Assembly: GCA_042088875.1 (NCBI GenBank)
Contig: JBELLF010000001.1
Location: forward strand, 970-64,969
Origin: Candidatus Marisimplicoccus framensis
GTDB taxonomy: Bacteria > Bacteroidota > Bacteroidia > Flavobacteriales > Flavobacteriaceae
Direction: 5' to 3'
DNA length: 64,000 nucleotides
Part shown: in pieces, positions 1 to 10,261 of the stretch
Layout: every line of letters starts with the position of its first letter
How positions within the stretch are numbered: the first letter of the stretch is position 1
The notes under the pieces: model-generated
What the model was told of the DNA's origin: nothing
The model's input: only the letters and a program-made list of their open reading frames with translations
Database searches by the model: none
Made by a program: the position numbers and the translations under genes

Positions 1-361
1 CCTCTGAAAAGTTTTCAGTCTCATTGTCTCCAACAGCACTTGTAATAATAGCAGTTTCAAGTTTAGATAATTCTGGAGTTAGAATTTGGTCACTAGTTCC
101 CAAATTTCTTGACATATCAAATGCTTTAATTGCTAAGTCAAAATCTTCCATGGAAGTATGAATTTTTCCATATAAAAACATAACCTGAGAATTAATTTTA
201 TCATCACTAGAATCGAATAGTCCTTTTGAAGAATCTAATAAGTCTATAGCTGATGAATATTCACCGGATTCATAAAATTTATTAGCATTCCTTAATTCCT
301 TTTTTTGACCATATGAAGATGATACAAAAAGGAGTAACGTATATAAAATTAGTTTTTTCAT
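1..361 (-). CDS. Secreted TPR-like repeat protein, N-terminal fragment (gene continues past the left window edge)
   Basis: Absent from the ORF track. The reverse complement of 359-361 is ATG. My hand translation (MKKLILYTLLLFVSSSYGQKKELRNANKFYESGEYSSAIDLLDSSKGLF...) stays open to position 1. It has a signal-peptide-like N-terminus and lies 10 nt downstream of gyrA on the same strand. Confidence 0.55.
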   Translation of the reverse strand, partial: MKKLILYTLLLFVSSSYGQKKELRNANKFYESGEYSSAIDLLDSSKGLFDSSDDKINSQVMFLYGKIHTSMEDFDLAIKAFDMSRNLGTSDQILTPELSKLETAIITSAVGDNETENFSE

Positions 362-371
362 TATTTATTAT

Positions 372-2861
372 TTAATCAATTGTGTCACCTGTAAATTCAA
401 TATCCTCTAAATCTTCGATTTCGTCCTCGTCTTTCATTACCTTGGCTACTGCTGCAATACTATCACCTTCTTTAATACTTATCACTTTTACACCTTGGGT
501 GGCTCTACCCATTACTCTTAAGTCTTCTACCTCCATTCTTATAGCAATACCTGACTTATTTATAATCATTAGATCATCATTATCAGAAACACTTTTTAAA
601 GTTACTAATTTACCAGTTTTTTCAGTTATAGATATTGTTTTTACACCTTTACCACCTCTATTAGTTAGTCTATAATCCTCAAGGGAGGATCTTTTACCAT
701 ATCCATTCTCAGAAACAACAAGAATATTAGCATCCATGTCATTAACTGATACCATACCAACAACTTCATCTTTTTTATCTTTCAATCTAATACCTCTAAC
801 ACCTGACGCATTCCTTCCCATTGGCCTTGTTTTATTTTCTTCAAACCTAATTGCCTTTCCAGATTTCACTGCTAACATTATCTGGCTATTGCCATTTGTT
901 AGCTTTGCTTCTAATAATTCATCTTCATCTTTGATTGTAATTGCATTAATACCATTTGATCTAGGCCTAGAATATTGTTCTAGAGACGTCTTTTTTACCT
1001 GTCCCATTTTTGTAGCCATAATTACATAGTGACTATTTACATAATCCTCGTCTTTTAAATCTTGAGTACATATAAAGGCTTTAACCTTGTCATCTTGCTC
1101 AATATTTATTAAGTTTTGGATTGCTCTACCTTTAGAATTTTTTGAACCCTCAGGGATTTCATAAACTCTCATCCAAAAACACTTTCCCTTCTGAGTAAAA
1201 AATAACATATATTGGTGATTTGTACCAACGAATAGATCCTCAAGGAAGTCCTCATCTCGAGTCTTAGTGGCCTTTTGACCAACACCACCTCTGTTTTGCG
1301 TTTTGTACTCAGTTAATGGTGTTCTTTTAATGTAACCAGCATGCGAAATGGTAATAACAACCTTTTCATTTGGAATAATATCCTCGACTCTAAAATCTCC
1401 TCCAGCATACTCAATTATAGATCTTCTTTCATCGCCATACTTTTCTTTAATTTCGTGTAATTCTTCCTTAATTAAACTCATTCTCAAAGGCTTACTATCG
1501 AGTAATTCTTTATAGTCTTTAATAGTTTTCTGAAGATCATCATACTCCTCTCTCAATTTACTTTGCTCAAGACCGGTTAGTTGACGTAATCTCATTTCAA
1601 TAATTGCTTTTGCTTGAGTTTCAGAAAGGTTATATTTTTTTTCTAATTTAAGTCTTGCTTCTTCAGCATTTGATGATTTTTTAATTAAACTTATTACATC
1701 ATCAATATTATCACTAGCAACTATAAGACCTTCTAATATATGAGCTCTCTGTTCAGCTTTTTTAAGTTCAAAAGTTGTCCTTTTAACAACGACATCATGT
1801 CTGTGATCTACAAAATGATGGATCAAATCCTTAAGATTCAAAAGCTGAGGTCTTCCATTAACTAATGCAACATTGTTAACACTAAAAGATGATTGCAGTG
1901 GAGTGAATTTATATAGTTTATTAAGGACTATGTTAGGAATAGAGTCCCTCTTTAAAACATATACTATTCGCATTCCTTTTCTGTCTGATTCATCTCTTAT
2001 AGTTGAAATACCTTCAATTTTTCCATCATTAATTAATTCAGCTGTTTTTCTTATCATTTCAGCTTTATTAACTAAATAAGGAATTTCTGATACAATTATA
2101 CACTCTCTATCATTTACATTCTCAATAACAGCTTTACCTCTCATGACTACTCTACCTTTTCCAGTGTGAAAAGCTTCTTTTACTCCATCATAGCCATAAA
2201 TAGTTCCACCAGTAGGAAAATCTGGCGCCTTTATATACTGAATTAATTCATCAATCGTTATATCATTATTTTCTATAAACTTTATAATACCATCAATAAC
2301 CTCAGATAGATTATGAGGAGGCATATTTGTAGCCATTCCAACGGCTATACCCGAAGCACCATTTATTAACAATGCTGGAACTCTAGTTGGAAGAACTGTA
2401 GGCTCCATGATTGTATCATCGAAGTTTAATTGAAAGTCAACTGTTTCTTTATCAATATCAGAGAGAAGATCTTCTGAAATTTTTTTCATTCTAGCTTCAG
2501 TATATCTCATTGCTGCAGGACTATCGCCATCAACAGAACCAAAATTACCTTGACCATCAACTAAAATATATCTAAGACTCCATTCTTGAGCCATTCTAAC
2601 CATGGTGTCATAAACTGAACTATCCCCATGAGGATGATATTTACCCATAACATCTCCAACTATTCTTGCAGATTTTTTATATGATGATGAAGATCTTACA
2701 CCCATTTCATTCATTCCAAAAAGAACTCTTCTATGAACTGGTTTTAAACCGTCTCTTACATCAGGTAAAGCCCTAGAAACAATAACCGACATCGAGTAAT
2801 CGATGTAGGCTGACTTCATTTCATCTTCGATTTTTATAGGGATAAGCTTTTCTTTTTCCAT
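372..2861 (-). CDS. gyrA: DNA gyrase subunit A
   Basis: 829 aa. Quinolone-resistance-region text [17 protein letters not shown], active-site Tyr context [10 protein letters not shown], and repeated C-terminal beta-pinwheel-like blocks. Confidence 0.97.
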   Translation of the reverse strand: MEKEKLIPIKIEDEMKSAYIDYSMSVIVSRALPDVRDGLKPVHRRVLFGMNEMGVRSSSSYKKSARIVGDVMGKYHPHGDSSVYDTMVRMAQEWSLRYILVDGQGNFGSVDGDSPAAMRYTEARMKKISEDLLSDIDKETVDFQLNFDDTIMEPTVLPTRVPALLINGASGIAVGMATNMPPHNLSEVIDGIIKFIENNDITIDELIQYIKAPDFPTGGTIYGYDGVKEAFHTGKGRVVMRGKAVIENVNDRECIIVSEIPYLVNKAEMIRKTAELINDGKIEGISTIRDESDRKGMRIVYVLKRDSIPNIVLNKLYKFTPLQSSFSVNNVALVNGRPQLLNLKDLIHHFVDHRHDVVVKRTTFELKKAEQRAHILEGLIVASDNIDDVISLIKKSSNAEEARLKLEKKYNLSETQAKAIIEMRLRQLTGLEQSKLREEYDDLQKTIKDYKELLDSKPLRMSLIKEELHEIKEKYGDERRSIIEYAGGDFRVEDIIPNEKVVITISHAGYIKRTPLTEYKTQNRGGVGQKATKTRDEDFLEDLFVGTNHQYMLFFTQKGKCFWMRVYEIPEGSKNSKGRAIQNLINIEQDDKVKAFICTQDLKDEDYVNSHYVIMATKMGQVKKTSLEQYSRPRSNGINAITIKDEDELLEAKLTNGNSQIMLAVKSGKAIRFEENKTRPMGRNASGVRGIRLKDKKDEVVGMVSVNDMDANILVVSENGYGKRSSLEDYRLTNRGGKGVKTISITEKTGKLVTLKSVSDNDDLMIINKSGIAIRMEVEDLRVMGRATQGVKVISIKEGDSIAAVAKVMKDEDEIEDLEDIEFTGDTID

Positions 2862-3046
2862 AGGCTAGAATATAATTGCTAAAATAAATAAATGCCCAGT
2901 ATTTTGGCTAAATTTTTAAATATAAAAAAGCATTATTTATTAACATTATCGATTGAAAAGTTTTATGATTAAATAAACAATTAGTATAAGCAATTTCTTT
3001 GTTAATTTATATTAATGGCATATTTTAGTATTAAAATATTAGTTAA

Positions 3047-5599
3047 ATGGATGATAATTTTTCTTCAAGAGTTAAAGATGTTATTTCTTACAGTAAAGAA
3101 GAGGCTCTTAGATTAGGCCATAAACAGATTGGCACTGAGCACCTATTGCTTGGAATTTTAAGAGATGGTGGAGGTAAGGCTATCTCAATCTTAAACTCAA
3201 TTGATATAAATCTTGATGAATTAAGAAAAAAAATTGAAATTTTAAATCCTGCAATTATTGATAGTTCATCTTTAAAACTAAATGAAAAGAAAAATCTTCA
3301 TTTAACTAGGCAAGCTGAGAGAGCTTTAAAAACTACTTTTCTAGAAGCTAAATTATTTCAAAGTACAAATATTAATACTGCCCACTTACTTTTGTGTATT
3401 CTAAGAAATGACAATGATCCATTAACTAAAATTTTAAGTAAAATGGACATAAGTTATGATAATGTAAAAGAGAAGTTTAAGGCTATGATCAATGAATCAG
3501 GCTCAGATGAAATAGTTGATTATTCCTCTTCTTCCTCATTCCCAGATGAAAAAGACGATTCTGACGAAGCTTCTAATAATCCATTTTCATCAACTCAAAA
3601 AACTAAGTCATCATCAAATACAAAAACTCCAGTTCTTGATAATTTTGGTAGAGATATTACAGCTCTAGCAGAAAAGAATCAATTAGATCCAGTAATAGGA
3701 AGAGATAAAGAAATTCAAAGAGTATCTCAAATTTTAAGTAGAAGAAAAAAAAACAACCCTCTACTAATTGGTGAGCCTGGAGTTGGTAAATCTGCTATTG
3801 CAGAAGGACTTGCATTGAGAATTATAGAAAAGAAAGTCTCCAGAGTTTTATACGGAAAAAGAGTTATCACTCTTGATCTTGCTAGCCTAGTTGCTGGCAC
3901 AAAATATAGAGGTCAATTTGAAGAAAGAATGAAAGCTGTCATGAATGAGCTTGAAAAAAACAGAAATATAGTTTTATTTATTGATGAGATTCACACTATT
4001 GTTGGTGCAGGCGGAGCCACTGGTAGCCTTGATGCATCAAACATGTTTAAACCTGCTCTTGCAAGAGGTGAAATTCAATGTATTGGAGCAACAACATTGA
4101 ATGAATACAGTCAACACATCGAAAAAGATGGTGCTCTAGAAAGAAGATTTCAGAAAATTCTTGTCGAAGAAACAAGTAAAGATGAAACTGTTGAAATATT
4201 AAGAAATATTAAAGATAAATATGAGTCTCACCATAACGTTAATTATACTGATGAAGCTCTTATTGCTTGTGTCGAGTTATCTCAAAGATACATAACTGAC
4301 AGATTCCTTCCTGATAAGGCTATTGATGCGTTAGATGAAGCTGGCTCAAGAGCTCATATTAATAATATGGAAGTTCCAGAAGAAGTTGTATTAATGGAAA
4401 AACAACTTGAGGATGTAAGAGAACTAAAAAATTCAGTTGTCAAAAAACAGAAATACGAAGAAGCTGCTAAATTAAGAGATGATGAAAAAAGAGTTGAAAA
4501 AAAGTTGGTCGAAGCACAGAATAGATGGCATGAGGACTCAAAATTAAACAGAATAAAAGTTGATGAAGATCAAATTGCTGATGTAGTATCAATGATGACT
4601 AATATTCCCGTAAATAAAATCTTATCTACTGAAAGAAATAAGCTATCAAAACTTGAAAAAATTATAAAGGATAAAATTATAGGACAAGATGAAGCTGTTT
4701 CTAAAGTTGTTAAATCAATCCAAAGAAATAGAGCTGGATTAAACTCTCCTAATAGACCGATTGGTTCATTTATTTTTCTTGGTCAAACTGGAGTTGGAAA
4801 GACTCAACTTGCAAAAGTATTAGCATCAGAGATCTTTGAATCTGAAGAAAACCTCATAAGAATCGATATGAGTGAGTACATGGAGAAATTTTCTGTTTCA
4901 AGACTTATTGGTGCACCCCCAGGTTATGTTGGATACGAAGAAGGTGGTCAGCTAACTGAAAAAGTCAAGAGAAGACCGTACTCTGTTGTTCTATTTGATG
5001 AAATTGAAAAAGGACATCCTGACATTTATAGTATGTTACTTCAAATTCTTGATGATGGATTTTTAACTGACAGTGTTGGAAAAAAAATTAATTTTCAAAA
5101 TACCATTATTATCATGACTTCAAACATTGGAGTCAAACAAATAAATGATTTTGGGGTTGGGGTTGGATTTGAGACTAAATCATCATTGGATCAAACCTCT
5201 AATGTTGAACAAAAAGTTATTCAAAGAGCACTTAAAAATACATTTGCTCCAGAATTTCTAAACAGAATTGATGACTTTATTATATTTAATTCTTTATCTA
5301 TCAAAGAAATTAATAAAATTGTTGCAATCGAGTTAGGTAAATTAAAAGAAAGAGTTTATGGTATAGGTTATGATTTGTCAATATCTCAAAAAGCTAAGTC
5401 TTTTATATGTGAAAAGGGATTTGATCAAAAAAACGGTGCTAGACCATTAAACAGAATGATTCAAAAATACATTGAAGATCTTATTGCTGAGAATTTAGTT
5501 TCTAATAAAATTAAACAGGGTGATAAATTACTTATAGACCATAAACCTGAAGATGACCATTTAACTTTATTAATAAACAAAAAAGAGACGGCCTCTTGA
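3047..5599 (+). CDS. clpC: ATP-dependent Clp protease ATP-binding subunit, ClpC type
   Basis: 850 aa. Duplicated Clp N-domain and two Walker A boxes (GEPGVGKSA, GQTGVGKTQ). A short UVR-like middle segment (QKYEEAAKLRDDEKRVEKKL) replaces a long ClpB coiled coil. A VGF loop is present. Confidence 0.9.
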   Translation: MDDNFSSRVKDVISYSKEEALRLGHKQIGTEHLLLGILRDGGGKAISILNSIDINLDELRKKIEILNPAIIDSSSLKLNEKKNLHLTRQAERALKTTFLEAKLFQSTNINTAHLLLCILRNDNDPLTKILSKMDISYDNVKEKFKAMINESGSDEIVDYSSSSSFPDEKDDSDEASNNPFSSTQKTKSSSNTKTPVLDNFGRDITALAEKNQLDPVIGRDKEIQRVSQILSRRKKNNPLLIGEPGVGKSAIAEGLALRIIEKKVSRVLYGKRVITLDLASLVAGTKYRGQFEERMKAVMNELEKNRNIVLFIDEIHTIVGAGGATGSLDASNMFKPALARGEIQCIGATTLNEYSQHIEKDGALERRFQKILVEETSKDETVEILRNIKDKYESHHNVNYTDEALIACVELSQRYITDRFLPDKAIDALDEAGSRAHINNMEVPEEVVLMEKQLEDVRELKNSVVKKQKYEEAAKLRDDEKRVEKKLVEAQNRWHEDSKLNRIKVDEDQIADVVSMMTNIPVNKILSTERNKLSKLEKIIKDKIIGQDEAVSKVVKSIQRNRAGLNSPNRPIGSFIFLGQTGVGKTQLAKVLASEIFESEENLIRIDMSEYMEKFSVSRLIGAPPGYVGYEEGGQLTEKVKRRPYSVVLFDEIEKGHPDIYSMLLQILDDGFLTDSVGKKINFQNTIIIMTSNIGVKQINDFGVGVGFETKSSLDQTSNVEQKVIQRALKNTFAPEFLNRIDDFIIFNSLSIKEINKIVAIELGKLKERVYGIGYDLSISQKAKSFICEKGFDQKNGARPLNRMIQKYIEDLIAENLVSNKIKQGDKLLIDHKPEDDHLTLLINKKETAS

Positions 5600-8040
5600 A
5601 AGTTCTAAAATTTGGCGGCACATCAGTCGCTGATTCAAAATCCATAAATAATGTAATCTCAATTCTTAAGAATAATGATGAAGCATTATTTATAATTGTT
5701 TCTGCATTAGGAGGTATAACAAACCTTCTTCAAAAATGTATTGTTTCAAAAGGTAAATCAGTTGATGGAATAATTAATGAAATTGAAAAAAGACATCTTG
5801 AGGTAATAGATAATCTTTCTAGTTTAGATAAACAAAGCTCGCTTAAAAGCTTCCTAAAACAGAATTTAAATGAGCTTGAAGATATTCTTGATGCCATCTC
5901 AACTATTGATGAAGTAACCAACAAAATAATTTCAAAAGTTTTAACACTTGGTGAAATTTTATCTAGTAGTATTATTTATGAAATCCTCAAACAGAAAGGA
6001 TTTAACATATCATATATTGATTCTAGGGACTTAATTTTTACTAAAAATTTTAATAATAATCAAGTTTTAGATTCAAATAAAACTTCAATTTCAATTAAAA
6101 ATAAAATCAGTCTAATCAAATCTAAATTGGTTATCGCACCTGGATATATTTGCTCCAATGAAATGGGTGAAACCTCAAATCTAGGAAGAGGTGGTTCAGA
6201 CTATAGTGCAGCAATCTATGCTAAATATCTTAATGCAAAAGTATTAGAAATTTGGACTGATGTCAGTGGTGTATTTAGTGCAAATCCAAAAATTGTAAAA
6301 AAAGCGTTTCCAATAGAATTTCTATCTTACAAAGAAGCAATGGAACTTTCATTCTTTGGGGCTAAAGTTATCTACTTCCCTACTTTGCAATCCTTAATCG
6401 AAGATAATATTCCAGTTTTTATAAAAAATACATTTGATCCAACTGCAGACGGTACATGTATTTCAAATTCTACAAAACTTCATAATGATGAAATTGTTAA
6501 AGGAATAAGTCATATTGAAAATATTTCTATTTTAAATTTTGAAGGTTCTGGTATGGTAGGAGTTCCTGGCTTTTCAAAAAGATTTTTTGAATCATTATCA
6601 TCTAATCAAATAAATGTTGTAATGATTACTCAAGCCTCATCTGAGTTTTCAATTTGTATTGCAATAAATTCAAATGATGCACAACTTGCCAAACAAGTAA
6701 TTGATAAAGAATTTGAATTTGAAATATCTCAAAAAAGAATTAATGAATCTCAGATTGAGTCAAATCTTGCTAATATAGCTATAGTTGGAGATAAAATGAA
6801 AAGTGAAAAAGGAATCAGCGGAAAGTTATTTAGCTCACTTGGTAATAATAACATTAATGTAAGAGCAATTGCTCAAGGTGCTTCAGAAAGAAACATATCT
6901 ATAATTATTGATGAAACTAATGCAAAAAAAGCTTTAAATGCATTACATGAAAGCTTCTTTGAGAAAGATTTAAGAGAGATACATATTTTTATAACTGGTG
7001 TTGGTAATGTTGGGGGTTATTTAATTCAGCAAATTAAAAATCAAAAAGATTTTATTTCAAAAAATCTAGGATTAAATCTTAAAGTTTTAGGTATATCTAA
7101 TTCAAAAAAAATGTTGATATCTAAGGAGGAGATAGATCTTAAAAATTGGTCCGAATTTTTAGATAATTCTAACACCAAAGCTGATAAGGATTTATTTCAA
7201 AAAACTATTATTGAATTAAATAGAAGAAATAGCTTGTTTGTTGATAATACAGCTAGCGAAATAATACCATTAACCTATAACGATTATTTAAAAAATGGGG
7301 TTGGAATAATCACTTGTAATAAAATATCAAACTCTGGCACACTAAATGTATATAAAGAATTAAGAGAATTATCAAGGAGACATAATTCACCTTTCTTTTA
7401 TGAAACAAATGTTGGAGCTGCACTACCAGTTATTAGTACTCTGAAAAACTTAATTAATTCTGGAGATAAGGTATTAAAGATTGAAGCAGTTTTATCTGGC
7501 ACACTAAATTATATTTTTAATAATTTCCAAGAAGAAAACACTTTCCATGATATTGTTTCTAAAGCAGTTGATCTTGGATACACTGAACCTGACCCAAAAA
7601 TTGATTTGTGTGGTATTGATGTATGCAGAAAAATATTAATTCTTGCTAGAGAAAGTGGATTTAACCTTGAATATGAAGATGTTAAAAAGAATCATTTCTT
7701 ACCAGATGAATCAATAAACACATCCTCTAATGATGAATTTATTTTATCTCTAAAAAGCAACAAAGCCCATTTTAATAAAATCTTAAATGAAGCTAAAGAA
7801 AAAAACTGTAGATTAAAGTTTGTTGCAAAACTAGATAATGGTAATGCTAGTGTTGGATTAGAAGCTGTTTCAGTTGATCACCCATTTTATAATCTCGTTG
7901 GTAGTGATAATATAACAGTTTTTTACACAGAAAGATATAAAGACTCACCCTTAGTTGTTAAAGGGGCAGGTGCTGGTGGAGAGTTTACTGCATCTGGAGT
8001 TTTTGCTGATATTATCAAAGCAAGTCAAGAAAATGGATAG
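5596..8040 (+). CDS. thrA: Bifunctional aspartokinase / homoserine dehydrogenase
   Basis: 814 aa. Canonical aspartokinase N-terminus (M)KVLKFGGTSV begins at a TTG codon that overlaps the clpC stop (TTGA). ACT-like middle region and C-terminal homoserine dehydrogenase domain (GVGNVGG). Confidence 0.93.
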   Translation: MKVLKFGGTSVADSKSINNVISILKNNDEALFIIVSALGGITNLLQKCIVSKGKSVDGIINEIEKRHLEVIDNLSSLDKQSSLKSFLKQNLNELEDILDAISTIDEVTNKIISKVLTLGEILSSSIIYEILKQKGFNISYIDSRDLIFTKNFNNNQVLDSNKTSISIKNKISLIKSKLVIAPGYICSNEMGETSNLGRGGSDYSAAIYAKYLNAKVLEIWTDVSGVFSANPKIVKKAFPIEFLSYKEAMELSFFGAKVIYFPTLQSLIEDNIPVFIKNTFDPTADGTCISNSTKLHNDEIVKGISHIENISILNFEGSGMVGVPGFSKRFFESLSSNQINVVMITQASSEFSICIAINSNDAQLAKQVIDKEFEFEISQKRINESQIESNLANIAIVGDKMKSEKGISGKLFSSLGNNNINVRAIAQGASERNISIIIDETNAKKALNALHESFFEKDLREIHIFITGVGNVGGYLIQQIKNQKDFISKNLGLNLKVLGISNSKKMLISKEEIDLKNWSEFLDNSNTKADKDLFQKTIIELNRRNSLFVDNTASEIIPLTYNDYLKNGVGIITCNKISNSGTLNVYKELRELSRRHNSPFFYETNVGAALPVISTLKNLINSGDKVLKIEAVLSGTLNYIFNNFQEENTFHDIVSKAVDLGYTEPDPKIDLCGIDVCRKILILARESGFNLEYEDVKKNHFLPDESINTSSNDEFILSLKSNKAHFNKILNEAKEKNCRLKFVAKLDNGNASVGLEAVSVDHPFYNLVGSDNITVFYTERYKDSPLVVKGAGAGGEFTASGVFADIIKASQENG

Positions 8041-8956
8041 AATCAAAGTTTTTTCACCAGGTAGTATTACAAATTTATCATGTGGATATGATGTACTTGG
8101 AGTTTGTCTTGAAAATAGAGGTGATGAAATTGAAGTTTACAAAACTATGTCTAGGGGTATAGAAATAGAATCTATAGATAATTATAATATATCCAATAAA
8201 ATTGATGAAAATGTTGCTGGAATTGCTGCTCAAGCTATGTTAAAAAATATTGACATAGACTTTGGTTTTAAAATAATCATAAACAAAGGGATTAAGCCTG
8301 GAAGTGGAATTGGAAGTTCTGCTGCAAGTTCTGCTGGTACAGTTTATGCTATTAATCAACTTCTAAATTCACATTTTGACAATTTAGATTTAGTTAGGTT
8401 CTCTATGGAAGGTGAAAATTTTGTTAGTGGATCCTATCATGCAGACAATGTTGCACCCATTATTTTAGGTGGAATAACTTTAGTGAGATCTATTTCTGAT
8501 CTAGATATTATTAAACTTCCTTCTCCCAAGTCTTTAGAATTAATAATTATCAGGCAAAATATTGAAATAAAGACTTCAGATTCTAGAAGAGTTGTTAAGA
8601 AAAAAGTAACAATTGAGAAGATGGTACAACAATCTGCTAATTTAGGTGCTTTTATAAGTAGTTTATACTCAGAAGATTTTGACCTAATGTCAAGAAGTGT
8701 GGTAGATGAAATTGTAGAACCTGATAGATTTATGTTAATCCCTGAATTTGAGTCAATAAAAAAAATTTCAACTGAATCTGGCGCTTTGTCTAGTGGTATT
8801 TCTGGTTCAGGCCCCTCCATATTTGCCTTATCAAATAATAGTGAAACTTCCAAAATTATTCTTAATAACATATGCAGTCATTTAGATAAAGTAAAAATTG
8901 ATTACGATAGCTTTATTTCTAAAGTAAATCCAAAAGGAATCAAAATATTAGATTAG
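8033..8956 (+). CDS. thrB: Homoserine kinase
   Basis: GHMP kinase motif PGSGIGSSAASSAG. I place the start at ATG 8033 (MDRIKVFSPGSITNLSCGYD), which overlaps the thrA stop by 8 nt. The ORF-track start at 7955 lies inside thrA. Confidence 0.9.
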   Translation: MDRIKVFSPGSITNLSCGYDVLGVCLENRGDEIEVYKTMSRGIEIESIDNYNISNKIDENVAGIAAQAMLKNIDIDFGFKIIINKGIKPGSGIGSSAASSAGTVYAINQLLNSHFDNLDLVRFSMEGENFVSGSYHADNVAPIILGGITLVRSISDLDIIKLPSPKSLELIIIRQNIEIKTSDSRRVVKKKVTIEKMVQQSANLGAFISSLYSEDFDLMSRSVVDEIVEPDRFMLIPEFESIKKISTESGALSSGISGSGPSIFALSNNSETSKIILNNICSHLDKVKIDYDSFISKVNPKGIKILD

Positions 8957-10261
8957 ATGAAATACATTAGCTTAAATCATAACTCAGCACCAACATCTTT
9001 TAGGAATGCTGTAATAAATGGTTTAGCTCCTGATAAAGGTCTTTATTTTCCTGAAAAAGAGATATGTTTATCTAATAAATTATTAGAGTCATTAAATGAA
9101 ATTGAAGAAATAGAGCTTTGCTATGAGGTTATAAAAGAATTTATTGGAGACGAAATACCAAAAAACAGATTAATAGATATTATAGGTAATACAATTTCAT
9201 TTGAAATTCCTTTAAAAGAAATTGAAAATTCGATTTATTCTTTAGAATTATTTCATGGACCTACCCTAGCATTTAAGGATGTAGGTGCAAAATTCATGGC
9301 ATTATGTTTAGATTATTTTAAAGATAATAATAGCTCAAAAAAAATCACTGTTTTAGTGGCTACATCTGGAGATACTGGAGGAGCTGTTGCAAATGGATTT
9401 CTTGGTACAAAAGATATTGATGTCTGTATATTGTATCCCAAGGGTAAAATAAGTGAAGTACAAGAAAAGCAAATTACTACAAATGGTTCTTTCGTTCAGG
9501 CAATTGAAGTTGAAGGTGATTTTGATTTATGCCAATCAATGGTAAAAATCGCATTTAATGACTACGATATAAATAACAAAGTATCGTTAACCTCAGCTAA
9601 TTCTATAAATGTTGCAAGATGGCTACCTCAAATGTTTTACTATTTTTTAGCATCTAAAAGGATAGAAAATAATTATCCTAATATTTTCTCAGTTCCAAGT
9701 GGTAATTTTGGTAATATATGTGCTGGTATTTTGGCAAAGTCAATGGGCCTTCCTGTTGAGCATTATGTTGCATCTACAAATATTAATGATACTATTCCAA
9801 GGTATATTAAAGAAGGGATTTATGAACCACTAAAAACTAAAAGTACAATTTCCAATGCTATGGATGTTTCTGAACCAAGCAACTTTATAAGAATTCAGAA
9901 GATATTTAAAAATGATTTACAGAATATAAAGAAAAATATCTCCGGATATAGTTTTGATGATAAATCAACAATGGATTGTATTAGAAAATTATATCAAGAC
10001 AATAACTACATTGCAGATCCTCATACTGCAATTGGATACCTTGGACTAAAAAAATATCTTCAAGAAAACAACATAAGAAACTGTAATGGTATATTTGTTT
10101 CTACAGCTCATCCGATTAAATTCAAAGATACTGTTGAGAATAGTATAGACTCACAAATTGAATATCCAGATTCAATCAAATCAATAATGAACAAAGAGAA
10201 AAGTACTCTGACAATGAAAAGCTACTCAGAGCTTAAAGAATATCTACTACAAAAAGATTAA
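8957..10261 (+). CDS. thrC: Threonine synthase
   Basis: 434 aa. PLP-lysine context GPTLAFKDVGA. Starts directly after the thrB stop, completing thrA-thrB-thrC. Confidence 0.93.
   Translation: MKYISLNHNSAPTSFRNAVINGLAPDKGLYFPEKEICLSNKLLESLNEIEEIELCYEVIKEFIGDEIPKNRLIDIIGNTISFEIPLKEIENSIYSLELFHGPTLAFKDVGAKFMALCLDYFKDNNSSKKITVLVATSGDTGGAVANGFLGTKDIDVCILYPKGKISEVQEKQITTNGSFVQAIEVEGDFDLCQSMVKIAFNDYDINNKVSLTSANSINVARWLPQMFYYFLASKRIENNYPNIFSVPSGNFGNICAGILAKSMGLPVEHYVASTNINDTIPRYIKEGIYEPLKTKSTISNAMDVSEPSNFIRIQKIFKNDLQNIKKNISGYSFDDKSTMDCIRKLYQDNNYIADPHTAIGYLGLKKYLQENNIRNCNGIFVSTAHPIKFKDTVENSIDSQIEYPDSIKSIMNKEKSTLTMKSYSELKEYLLQKD

Noticed and set aside
2862-3046. The 185-nt gyrA-clpC divergent region, scanned for CIRCE or CtsR-type heat-shock operators and for exact TAnnTTTG boxes.
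   Set aside because: Only loose resemblances are present (for example TTAGCAATTATATTCTAGCC). There is no inverted or direct repeat matching either operator, and no exact -7 box, so I make no regulatory call.
7955-8032. The upstream extension of thrB in the ORF track.
   Set aside because: It lies inside the thrA coding sequence in another frame. The homoserine kinase family N-terminus (MDRIKVFSPGSITNLSCGYD) starts at ATG 8033.
8437-8871. A 144-aa antisense ORF inside thrB, together with the other short antisense or out-of-frame ORFs in the track (for example 382-675, 736-1029, 33318-33614, 52233-52535, 23045-23302).
   Set aside because: All lie wholly within well-supported conserved genes, have junk-like composition and lack start context. 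I treat them as shadow ORFs.
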